Shown: piece by piece, positions 32,771-40,906 of the stretch
How positions within the stretch are numbered: position 1 is the stretch's first letter
Layout: every line of letters begins with the position of its first letter
Source: an uncultured Victivallales bacterium
GTDB lineage: Bacteria; Verrucomicrobiota; Lentisphaeria; Victivallales; UBA1829
Length of the DNA: 44,600 nt
NCBI GenBank assembly: GCA_964462755.1
Contig: CAYWZD010000003.1
Span: 1 to 44,600, forward strand
Direction of reading: 5' to 3'
The notes under the pieces: generated by a model
Seen by the model: the letters and a program-made list of their open reading frames with translations, nothing else
What the model was told of the DNA's origin: nothing
Database searches by the model: none
Program-made: the position numbers and the translations under genes

Positions 32771-33430
32771 ATGAACGATCGTATCAAATATTATCTCTTC
32801 GACATCGACGGAACGCTCACCCGCTACCGGGACACGGTAAAGCCTGAGAACTTCCTCCACAGGAATTTTCTCTTCCCGATCCTCCGCGACATGATGGTGG
32901 AGCGCGGCATGGGAAAACTTGAGGCCGAGGACAGCATTCTCCGGGTCATGAAACAAGTGCCGTTCTGGGACTACACCGACTTCATTTCGGAATTCGATCT
33001 GCCCGCGAAGGAAGCGTATGAACGCATGGTTCAATGGCATGAAGAGAATCTGGACCCGTATCCCGACGCCGTCGCAATGGTTCATGAGTTCTTCAAGGCG
33101 GGAAAGATTCTCTTCATCATCAGCAACAACCCCTACTCCGGGTGCTGCATGAAATTGCGCCGGTGCGGTCTGGGCGATGAATTCGGATCGCCCTTTTTCC
33201 GGCGGATTTTCAGCACGGACAAACTCCGCGGATGCAAGGGCGAACCAGGGGTATGGAAACGTGCGCTCGACCAGATTTTCGACGACCCGGCGCGAATCGG
33301 CGTTGTAGGCGACAACCCCGTCGAGGACGGCGATCTGCCGCGCTCTCTCGGGGTCGGGGAAACGATTCTTCTTCCGCGCGGACAAATTCAGCGCGGCATT
33401 GATACCATGAAAAAAGAAAGTATGAACTGA
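32771..33430 (+). CDS. HAD-superfamily hydrolase (phosphatase-like)
   Basis: Motif I FDIDGTLT, motif II IISNN and motif IV GDNPVEDG. Start at ATG 32771 (MNDRIKYYLF). Confidence 0.85.
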   Translation: MNDRIKYYLFDIDGTLTRYRDTVKPENFLHRNFLFPILRDMMVERGMGKLEAEDSILRVMKQVPFWDYTDFISEFDLPAKEAYERMVQWHEENLDPYPDAVAMVHEFFKAGKILFIISNNPYSGCCMKLRRCGLGDEFGSPFFRRIFSTDKLRGCKGEPGVWKRALDQIFDDPARIGVVGDNPVEDGDLPRSLGVGETILLPRGQIQRGIDTMKKESMN

Positions 33431-33431
33431 C

Positions 33432-34910
33432 ATGATGAACGACCGGAAAAAAGTGCTCGGCGCGTGGCTCGGCAAAGCCGTCGGAGGAACCCTTGGACAA
33501 CCCTGGGAAGGCTGCCGCGGACCGCTCGCCCTCACCTTCTACGATCCCGTCCCGACCCGGATGATGCCCAACGACGACCTCGATCTTCAGGTGGTCTGGG
33601 CCTGCCGTCTCGCGACCGACTGGAACGCGACCGTCTCCCTGAAGAATTTCGCCGACGCATGGCTGCACAATATCGGGTTCCCCTGCGACGAATACGGCGT
33701 CGTCATCCGGAACCTCAAGCTCGGTATTCCGGCCCCGTATTCGGGACGTTACGACAACTGGTTCACGGACGGCCTCGGCGGGGCCATCCGCGCGGAAATA
33801 TGGGCGGTCCTCGCGCCGGGCGATCCGGAGCGCGCCGCAAAACTCGCCGGGATGGACGCCAGCCTCGATCACGACGGCAATGGAATCTACGCAGAACAGT
33901 TTCTCTCCGCGATGGAAAGTTACGCGTTCGTGGAATCCGATCTGAATAAACTCATCGCGAAGGGACTCTCCCTGATTCCGTCGGAATCGCGTCTGCACAA
34001 GGCTCTTTCCGACACGGTTTCCTGGTGCGGAGAAGGACTCGATTTCCACGCGGTCCGGGAACGGATCATGACACATCAGGGGAGCCCGAATTTCACGGAT
34101 GTCAAGATGAACCTCTCCTTCATGGTCGCGGCGCTGCTGCTGGGCAAGGGCGATTTCGAACGAACGGTCTGCCACGCGGTCAATTTCGGGCAGGACGCCG
34201 ACTGCACCGGGGCAACCGTCGGGGCGATCCTCGGCATCATCGATCCGGATTCGATTCCCGCCCGCTGGCTGGCGCCGATCGGCCGCGCCCTGATTCTGAA
34301 TCAGGGAATCACCGGAATCCGCCCACCCGCCACACTGGACGATTTCACCGATCTTCTTATTTCCCTGCGCGAAAAACTCCGGGTGGAGGAAGAGGTGGTC
34401 CCGCCGCCCGATCTGACGGAATTTCAGATTTCCGTCCGACGTTCGGTGTTCCATCCGTGGTTCGCGCTGGACTTCCGCAAATTCAAGCCCGTTCCTGCCG
34501 AAGACGCGGAGGAGATTCTCCTTCCCGGAAATCTGGTCACGGTCGATTTTTCGGATCTTCCGCCGGAATCCCTGCTCCTGCTGGAAACGGAATTCGAACT
34601 GGAGGAGGACCGCGTCGTTCATCTGCTGGTGAACACCCCCGCCAACCTCCGCGTCTGGCTGGACGGCGAATACTGTTTCGGACGGGAAGGGGGGGAGATG
34701 GTGCCCGCGTTTCACCGTGCACAGCTCAACCAGTTCGCAGCGCCTTTCCTGAAGAAGGGACGCCACACTCTCCGGATGGGGCTGGCTCCGGCGGCGGAAG
34801 GGATGAAGTCCGCCGAACTGCTTTTCGGCATCGCGGATGAAAACGACCAGTGGTTTCCCCGTGCGTTTTACCTCAAGGGAAGGGAATCCGGAAAATGTTG
34901 TTCCGACTGA
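33432..34910 (+). CDS. ADP-ribosylglycohydrolase-fold protein with C-terminal beta-sandwich-like extension
   Basis: GGTLGQPWEG, NDDLDLQ and FGQDADCTGATVGAILG match the ARH/DraG family pattern. No signal peptide. The ATG lies 1 nt after the upstream stop. Confidence 0.8.
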   Translation: MMNDRKKVLGAWLGKAVGGTLGQPWEGCRGPLALTFYDPVPTRMMPNDDLDLQVVWACRLATDWNATVSLKNFADAWLHNIGFPCDEYGVVIRNLKLGIPAPYSGRYDNWFTDGLGGAIRAEIWAVLAPGDPERAAKLAGMDASLDHDGNGIYAEQFLSAMESYAFVESDLNKLIAKGLSLIPSESRLHKALSDTVSWCGEGLDFHAVRERIMTHQGSPNFTDVKMNLSFMVAALLLGKGDFERTVCHAVNFGQDADCTGATVGAILGIIDPDSIPARWLAPIGRALILNQGITGIRPPATLDDFTDLLISLREKLRVEEEVVPPPDLTEFQISVRRSVFHPWFALDFRKFKPVPAEDAEEILLPGNLVTVDFSDLPPESLLLLETEFELEEDRVVHLLVNTPANLRVWLDGEYCFGREGGEMVPAFHRAQLNQFAAPFLKKGRHTLRMGLAPAAEGMKSAELLFGIADENDQWFPRAFYLKGRESGKCCSD

Positions 34911-37480
34911 CGTTTCTGTTATTTCTCGTAATCGCCGTGCCGAGCCTTCCGGCGCAGGAGACGGTGGAGGTCGGTCATTTCTTCAAGCCCGACAAGATGG
35001 ACTCCGGCTACACGAGCGAACTGATTCATTTCATGGAAAAGAACCCGGATATCCGCGTGGAACAATGGGCCGGCTTGATCCTGCCGGGCGGAAATGCCGG
35101 ACTCATGATGTCCCTTGCCGGGAATACCGCGCCCGACATCGGATTGAGTTATTTCCACCTCATCCGGAACGAGATCAAGCAGGAATTTCTGTATCCGCTG
35201 AACGAATGGATCGGGGAAGACGCCAACAGTAACGGCCGGATCGACGACGCCGAGGCGAAGTGGCCCCGTTGGAAGGAGTTTCCGCCGATCCTGCGGACCG
35301 TGGCCACTTCCGGAGGCAAAATCTACGGGCTTCCCCTGCCCGTGAAAAGCATCTGCGCCGTCCTCTACCGCACGGATTTTGTGGAAATGGCCGGACTGGA
35401 CCCAAACCATCCGCCCGAAACATGGGACGAGTTCACGGTCTGGTGCCGCCGTCTCACGGATGCGAACAAGACCATTCCCGGCGCCCTCACGCAGAACGGA
35501 CAGCGCGCCATCCTGATTCCTTCCAACGGATTCCTTTTTCTGCCGTGGATTCAGTCGGCGGGCGGGGAGCCGATCGTGCAGTACCGGACCAGTCCGAAAA
35601 CAGGCAGAAAATACTGTTTCGCGCAGAATGAAACGGTTTTTCGCACCCCGGACGGCGAGGACCTCTCGCGGGAGCCCTCCGATTGGCGTTGCAACTTCGA
35701 CTCCCCGGAAGCGTTTCAAGCACTGGACTTCCTGTATCGTCTGCGCTGGGAAAAATGGGTCAGCATCGACGGAAAACCGGTCAGCCTGAAGGAGGCCCGG
35801 AAACAGGGGCTTCATTTCAAGGAAAAAGACATCGTGACGGGCGTGGCCCGGAGCTCCAGCGGACAGCGCGGCGAAAGCGGGTTCGAACTGCTTTCGCGCG
35901 GGGAAGTCGTCATGCTGATCGGCATGGTCGAAGACCTCAAACAGGTCGGCACGCAGGCCAATATCGACCCGTCGCTGCTGGCATGGTTCCCCTTCCCCGC
36001 CGCGCCCGGACCGAAAGGACGCCGCGTCATTCAGACTCAGAACCATTACGCGGTCATGTACACGGGCGTTTCCAAGCGCTCCAAAAGGGAACGGGACGCC
36101 GTCTGGAGAACCCTCAACGCCATCACCGGCGACCGCATCGTGGAGCGGGATGTGGCGTCCAAGGTGCTGGAGGGCATGGCCCGCTTCGTCTCGCCGTCGG
36201 ACCTGAAACGGTTCGGCTATGAGGAATACATCCGGGACATTCCGCCCGCGATCAGGAAGAACTTCTCCGATCTGGAAGCGGGGAAAATCCTTTCCTTCAC
36301 CGAGCCGTGGACCGGCTACTGGCTCCTGATCGACATGGCGCTGAACAACGAATGTCTCGGCATCATGCTCGGGGCGCTCGGGGAGGATTTCGACAGCCGG
36401 GGCGCCCTCCTCGAAGTCAACCGCAAGGCGAACTCGGGACTGATGTTCGCTCTGCCGGAAAGCACCCTCGCGAAATGGCGTCCCGTCGCAATGTCGATCC
36501 TGATTCTCGTCCTTCTGGCAACCGCGTTTCTGATTTTCATCATCGTGAAATCTTTCCTGAAAAAACGCGCGGACGGAAGCCGTTCCGTCTACAAGGGCTA
36601 CCTGCCGCTCCTCCTGATTTTCCCCGCCGTTCTCCTCATTCTTCTGTGGCAGTACTATCCGCTGGGACGCGGTCTGCTGATGGCCTTTCAGGATTACCGG
36701 GTGACCGGCAATTCCACTTTCACGGGACTGGACAACTTCATCAATCTGGGGCTTGACCCTGCCTTCTGGAAAAGCATCGGGCGGACCGTGTATTTCGTCA
36801 CGCTGAATATGCTTTTCGCTTTCACGGCGCCCATCATTCTGGCGATCATGCTGACCGAGATCAAGCACCTCAAAATTCTCTTCCGCACGCTGTTCTTCCT
36901 GCCCCAGATGACCAGCGGAATCGTCATCGCGCTGATGTGGAAACTCATGTACAACCCGACCCCCGCGGGCTTCTTCAACCAGATGATCGCGTATCTGAAC
37001 TATCTGCCGTTCGTGAACATCCGGCCGCAGGCATGGCTTCAGGACCCGTCGCTGGCGATGATCTGCTGCATCATCCCGACCGTGTGGGCGTCGATGGGAA
37101 TGTCCAGCCTGCTGTATCTTGCGGCGCTGCACTCCATCCCGCCGGACCTCTACGAAGCGGCCGAGGTGGACGGCGCGGGCTTCCGTTCAAAACTCTGGAA
37201 CATCACACTTCCCACGCTGATGCCGCTGATCATCATCAGTTTCGTCGGGACGTTCATCGCCACGTTCCAGAACATGGGCAACATCTTCCTCCTGACGTTC
37301 GGAGGACCGGGCGAAGCCACCACCGTGATCGGGCTGAAAATCTGGGTGGAGGCCTACGTGAATCTCCGTTTCGGCATGGCCACCTCCATGGCGTGCCTTC
37401 TCGGAACGCTGCTGATCGGGCTGACCTACGTGCAGATCCGTTTCCTTGGCAAGGTGGAATACAAACGGGCGTCGGACTGA
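34895..37480 (+). CDS. Fusion of a family-1 extracellular solute-binding protein and a MalF/UgpA-type ABC permease
   Basis: Signal/anchor MLFRLTFLLFLVIAVPSLPAQE. SBP-like ~520 aa. A TM segment begins near 36475. The permease carries the EAA loop LYEAAEVDGAGFRSKLWNITLPTLMP. The ATG overlaps the upstream gene by 16 nt. RBS AAGGGAAGGGAA. Confidence 0.85.
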   Translation: MLFRLTFLLFLVIAVPSLPAQETVEVGHFFKPDKMDSGYTSELIHFMEKNPDIRVEQWAGLILPGGNAGLMMSLAGNTAPDIGLSYFHLIRNEIKQEFLYPLNEWIGEDANSNGRIDDAEAKWPRWKEFPPILRTVATSGGKIYGLPLPVKSICAVLYRTDFVEMAGLDPNHPPETWDEFTVWCRRLTDANKTIPGALTQNGQRAILIPSNGFLFLPWIQSAGGEPIVQYRTSPKTGRKYCFAQNETVFRTPDGEDLSREPSDWRCNFDSPEAFQALDFLYRLRWEKWVSIDGKPVSLKEARKQGLHFKEKDIVTGVARSSSGQRGESGFELLSRGEVVMLIGMVEDLKQVGTQANIDPSLLAWFPFPAAPGPKGRRVIQTQNHYAVMYTGVSKRSKRERDAVWRTLNAITGDRIVERDVASKVLEGMARFVSPSDLKRFGYEEYIRDIPPAIRKNFSDLEAGKILSFTEPWTGYWLLIDMALNNECLGIMLGALGEDFDSRGALLEVNRKANSGLMFALPESTLAKWRPVAMSILILVLLATAFLIFIIVKSFLKKRADGSRSVYKGYLPLLLIFPAVLLILLWQYYPLGRGLLMAFQDYRVTGNSTFTGLDNFINLGLDPAFWKSIGRTVYFVTLNMLFAFTAPIILAIMLTEIKHLKILFRTLFFLPQMTSGIVIALMWKLMYNPTPAGFFNQMIAYLNYLPFVNIRPQAWLQDPSLAMICCIIPTVWASMGMSSLLYLAALHSIPPDLYEAAEVDGAGFRSKLWNITLPTLMPLIIISFVGTFIATFQNMGNIFLLTFGGPGEATTVIGLKIWVEAYVNLRFGMATSMACLLGTLLIGLTYVQIRFLGKVEYKRASD

Positions 37481-37496
37481 AAGGAGCAAACGCAAT

Positions 37497-39647
37497 ATGA
37501 GTCTCATCGGCGACATCGGACGCAAAACCTTCAAGAACCGCTGCATCATGGCCTCGATCTACCTCTCGCTGTGCCTGATGGGATTGACCATGGTGGTCCC
37601 GTTCCTGATCACGATCACCGGAAGCGCGTCCAACGACTTCGACTACGAACGCTACAGCCCGGTTCCACGTTATCTCTGGTCGAAAAAAGACCGCTTCGTC
37701 AAGGCGCTGGTCCCCTATTTCAACCAGACCCGGAACTGGCAGAAACAATTCGCCGCTTATGCCCCCGGCCTTCCATCCCACTGGACGTCCTGGTCCTCGA
37801 TCGGACGCGACCGCGAAGGCGTGGACCGTTTCGCGGAAAAATACCGGCGTGAAAGCAATCCCGTAAGAGCCGCCGACTACGCGGAATTCACGGCGACCTA
37901 CCCCCTTTCCGACTGCGTGGTCTTCGCCCGGAACATGGACACCGTTTCCTTCCTGATCTCGGACTATTCGGAAAAATATAAACGCCTTCATCCGGAAGAC
38001 TCTTCCTCCGGGACCAGCCTTCAGCTCAAGGCGCTTGCCCTGCTCGGGAAGGAATGGCATATCCCGTTCCGGAGTTTCTACGACATCAGCATGAACGCCG
38101 AGATGCTCTATCCGATGGATTTTCAAGGCTGGTTTCCCGATCGGACCAGTCCGAAATACCAGGCATACGAACGGTTCAAGGAAGCCGCCGCGGCACAGCG
38201 TTTCACGCCGGGCGTCCAAAGCGCGTGGAAGAAGTTCCTGAAAGAAAGAAATTATGCGGGTAATCCCGTTTTCCCAGTCGAAAAAGACGCCCCCGCCGAA
38301 CTCCGCAAGCTCTGGCTTGAGTTCCACAAACAGATTGTCCCGGCCTCGCCCGCGGTTCCCTACGCCATGCGCGCCGTGTGGTATGCGTATCTGGAATCCG
38401 AGGATAACGCCCTCCGCAATAACGGAAGGAAAATCAACATTTCCGAATACAACCGCCTCTGCGGCACGAACTACGGGTGGCTCGCGAAAACGCCCTTCCC
38501 GATTCCCGATTCTTTCCCGGCGGAAATCCGGGATGTCTGGACCCGTTTCCGGCAGGAAAACTATCCCCTGCGGCTGGTCAAAATCACGCCTGCGCCGGAA
38601 CTCGACCGCGAGTTTCAGGCCTTCGTCGGAAAGAACATCCGGTCTCTGAAAACGCTCAACCTCCTGCTGGGGACGGACTACCGTTCCATGAAAGAGCTGA
38701 AGTTGTCCGCCGAACCGCCGGCAGGGAACTCGCCCGCCGTCACCAACCGTCGCGACCTCTGGAAAAATTTCGTGAAGACGCTTCCCGTCGGGCGCAAGGA
38801 ATTCCATTCCTCCGAAATGGCCTATCAGAAGTTCCTTCTGAAAAAATACGGTTCTCTGGAGGAGATCAACCGGGCGCAGGGCACCCGTTGCCGATATGTC
38901 GAAGAGATTTTTCCGCCGTTCATGGACGCCTATACGGTCACGTTTTCAAAGATCGGAAACGCCATGGCGTTCTTCCCCGTCTTCGAGAACTACGCGATGG
39001 TATCGGACTATCTGCTGTTCAACGGGAACGCGGTCTGGGTCACGCTTCTCCTGATCGCCATGACCCTTTTCTTCACGCTCACGGTCAATCCGCTGGCGGC
39101 GTACGCGCTGAGCCGGTTCAACCTGCGGTGCCGTCAGCAGATTCTGATCTTCATGCTCGCAACGATGGCGTTCCCGGCCATGGTCAGCGCGATTCCGGCG
39201 TATCTGCTGATGCGCGACCTCGGACTGCTGAACACCTTCTGGGCGCTGGTGATTCCCGGCGCGGCCAACGGCATGAGCATCTTCATCCTCAAGGGCTTTT
39301 TCGACAGTCTGCCGATGGAGCTGTTCGAGGCGGCGACGATCGACGGAGCCAGCGAATTCCAGATCTTCCGGGTTGTGGCGATGCCGCTCGTGAAGCCTAT
39401 TCTGGCGATCAACTGCCTGAACGCGTTCATCGCCGCCTACAACGGCTGGGAATGGGCGCTGATCATCTGTCAGGACAAGTCCATGTGGACGATCGCGGTG
39501 TGGCTGTACCAGGCCAGCATGAACTGGTCGTCGACGCCGTGGATCATCAGCGCGGGCTTTGTGCTGGCGTCCGTTCCGACACTCGCGGTGTTCATCGCCT
39601 GCCAGAAGATCATCCTTCGGGGGATCATCATTCCCAGCATGAAGTGA
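37497..39647 (+). CDS. MalG-type ABC permease with a ~455-aa extracytoplasmic insertion between TM1 and TM2
   Basis: TM1 is IMASIYLSLCLMGLTMVVPFLITITG, followed by a long W/Y/F-rich soluble region. The C-terminal ~230 aa is a typical CUT1 permease (MELFEAATIDGASEFQIFRVVAMPLVKP). RBS AAGGAG lies 10 nt before ATG 37497. Confidence 0.85.
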   Translation: MSLIGDIGRKTFKNRCIMASIYLSLCLMGLTMVVPFLITITGSASNDFDYERYSPVPRYLWSKKDRFVKALVPYFNQTRNWQKQFAAYAPGLPSHWTSWSSIGRDREGVDRFAEKYRRESNPVRAADYAEFTATYPLSDCVVFARNMDTVSFLISDYSEKYKRLHPEDSSSGTSLQLKALALLGKEWHIPFRSFYDISMNAEMLYPMDFQGWFPDRTSPKYQAYERFKEAAAAQRFTPGVQSAWKKFLKERNYAGNPVFPVEKDAPAELRKLWLEFHKQIVPASPAVPYAMRAVWYAYLESEDNALRNNGRKINISEYNRLCGTNYGWLAKTPFPIPDSFPAEIRDVWTRFRQENYPLRLVKITPAPELDREFQAFVGKNIRSLKTLNLLLGTDYRSMKELKLSAEPPAGNSPAVTNRRDLWKNFVKTLPVGRKEFHSSEMAYQKFLLKKYGSLEEINRAQGTRCRYVEEIFPPFMDAYTVTFSKIGNAMAFFPVFENYAMVSDYLLFNGNAVWVTLLLIAMTLFFTLTVNPLAAYALSRFNLRCRQQILIFMLATMAFPAMVSAIPAYLLMRDLGLLNTFWALVIPGAANGMSIFILKGFFDSLPMELFEAATIDGASEFQIFRVVAMPLVKPILAINCLNAFIAAYNGWEWALIICQDKSMWTIAVWLYQASMNWSSTPWIISAGFVLASVPTLAVFIACQKIILRGIIIPSMK

Positions 39648-39659
39648 GCCGGAGCTCAC

Positions 39660-40424
39660 TCAGGCGGGAATATCGACATTCGCGATAGACTCGACAACCA
39701 TGGACGGCTGAAAAGCGTATTCGGAAAGCTCTTCCCGTTTCGTGTTGCCGGATAGCACGAGGATCGTTCTGTAACCCATCTGGACGCCGCCCAGAATGTC
39801 GGTTTCCATGGTGTCGCCGATCACGGTGGTTTCCTCGGCGGAAAGCCCGATCTCCTTGCGCGCCTCGCGCATCATGATCGGACTGGGTTTGCCCAAGCTG
39901 AACGCCTTGACGCCCGTGGCGGCTTCCAGCATGGCCACGATCGCCCCGCAGCCCGGACGCATCCCGTTGGTCGTCGGGCAATTCGGGTCCGGATTGGTGG
40001 AGATCAGTTTCGCGCCCTTGAAAATCATGTTGACCGCCAGTTCGATGGCCTCCATATTCATGGTGCGTCCCTCGCCGACGATCACATAATCGGGATCGGA
40101 ATCCACCACGGCGTAACCGTTGTAGTGGAGCGCATGGAGAAGTCCGCCTTCCCCGATGACGAACGCCGTGCCGTCGGGCTTCTGCCGTTTGAGGAAACGG
40201 GCCGTTGCCATGGCACAGTTAAAGACCTGCTTTTCCGTAATATTGAATCCGAGACGGTTCATCTTGATCGTGGTGTCGCGACGGGTCCGCTGACTGTTGT
40301 TCGTGAAAAATGTGAAAGGGACTTTCCTGTCCACAAGAGAGTTGATGAATTCGCACGCGCCGGGGATGACCGTCTTACCGCGGTAGACCACGCCATCCAT
40401 GTCAATCAGAAATCCGTTTTTCAT
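39660..40424 (-). CDS. HAD-IIA (NagD-like) sugar phosphatase
   Basis: MKNGFLIDMDGVVYRG, FFTNNS, LGKPSP and IGDTMETDI. RBS AAGGAAG before ATG 40424. Confidence 0.9.
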   Translation of the reverse strand: MKNGFLIDMDGVVYRGKTVIPGACEFINSLVDRKVPFTFFTNNSQRTRRDTTIKMNRLGFNITEKQVFNCAMATARFLKRQKPDGTAFVIGEGGLLHALHYNGYAVVDSDPDYVIVGEGRTMNMEAIELAVNMIFKGAKLISTNPDPNCPTTNGMRPGCGAIVAMLEAATGVKAFSLGKPSPIMMREARKEIGLSAEETTVIGDTMETDILGGVQMGYRTILVLSGNTKREELSEYAFQPSMVVESIANVDIPA

Positions 40425-40651
40425 TCTTTTCTTCCTTTCATTCACAGGGAAACCGGATTCTTCGAGCGAACGCTTTCCGCTCATGAACCGGAAATATTTT
40501 CCTGCGAAAAAACGGAGGCGTCACGCTCTCCGTGAAAATACGCTTTTTCTTTAGCATTTTACATGCCAACCATTCCTTTTCTGCATAAAACAAGCAGGAA
40601 TCCGCTGAAAACCATAAAACGGAACGGAAGATATAAGAACAGATAAATAAT

Positions 40652-40725
40652 ACATTTTTGTAATTCATTAAATCAAAATTACATTTTTGTATCACATTAC
40701 ATCTACCGGGAACATTGTTCCGGAA
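40652..40725 (+). promoter_or_regulatory. Conserved upstream element, copy 2
   Basis: ACATTTTTGTA at 40652-40662 and 40681-40691, and GTTCCGGAA at 40717-40725. The 29-nt and 36-nt spacings are identical to copy 1. Confidence 0.6.
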
Positions 40726-40821
40726 CATCTGTCTGAATTCTTCGGATGAGACGGACCTGCCTGAAATCGGGAAAACATCTGATTTTTTTGAGAAGGTTTT
40801 TAACTTAAACGGTTCTTTGAT

Positions 40822-40850
40822 TTGCAGAAACGCCGTTACGGTGCTATACT
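40822..40850 (+). promoter_or_regulatory. Sigma70-type promoter of the kinase-like gene
   Basis: TTGCAG, 17-nt spacer, TATACT. Confidence 0.5.
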
Positions 40851-40906
40851 ACCGGAGATAGGATTTGCCGGATGATCCGCAACCATTGACAAGAGTGTGT
40901 CACGTC

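Noticed and set aside
33210-39688. Cluster of long alternative-frame or antisense ORFs (33210-34766 minus, 34919-37132 minus, 37254-38807 minus, 38477-39688 plus, 38946-39659 minus)
   Set aside because: All overlap the ARH-like gene and the two ABC permease genes, whose products show textbook motifs (EAA loops, TM helices). The alternatives are Arg/His/Gly/Asp-rich and lack motifs.
40811-40826. Sigma54-like GGTTCTTTGATTTGCA upstream of the kinase-like gene
   Set aside because: The GG-to-GC interval is 11 nt instead of the near-invariant 10, and the -24 region lacks the TGGCA core. The TTGCAG is better explained as the -35 box of a sigma70 promoter with TATACT 17 nt downstream.
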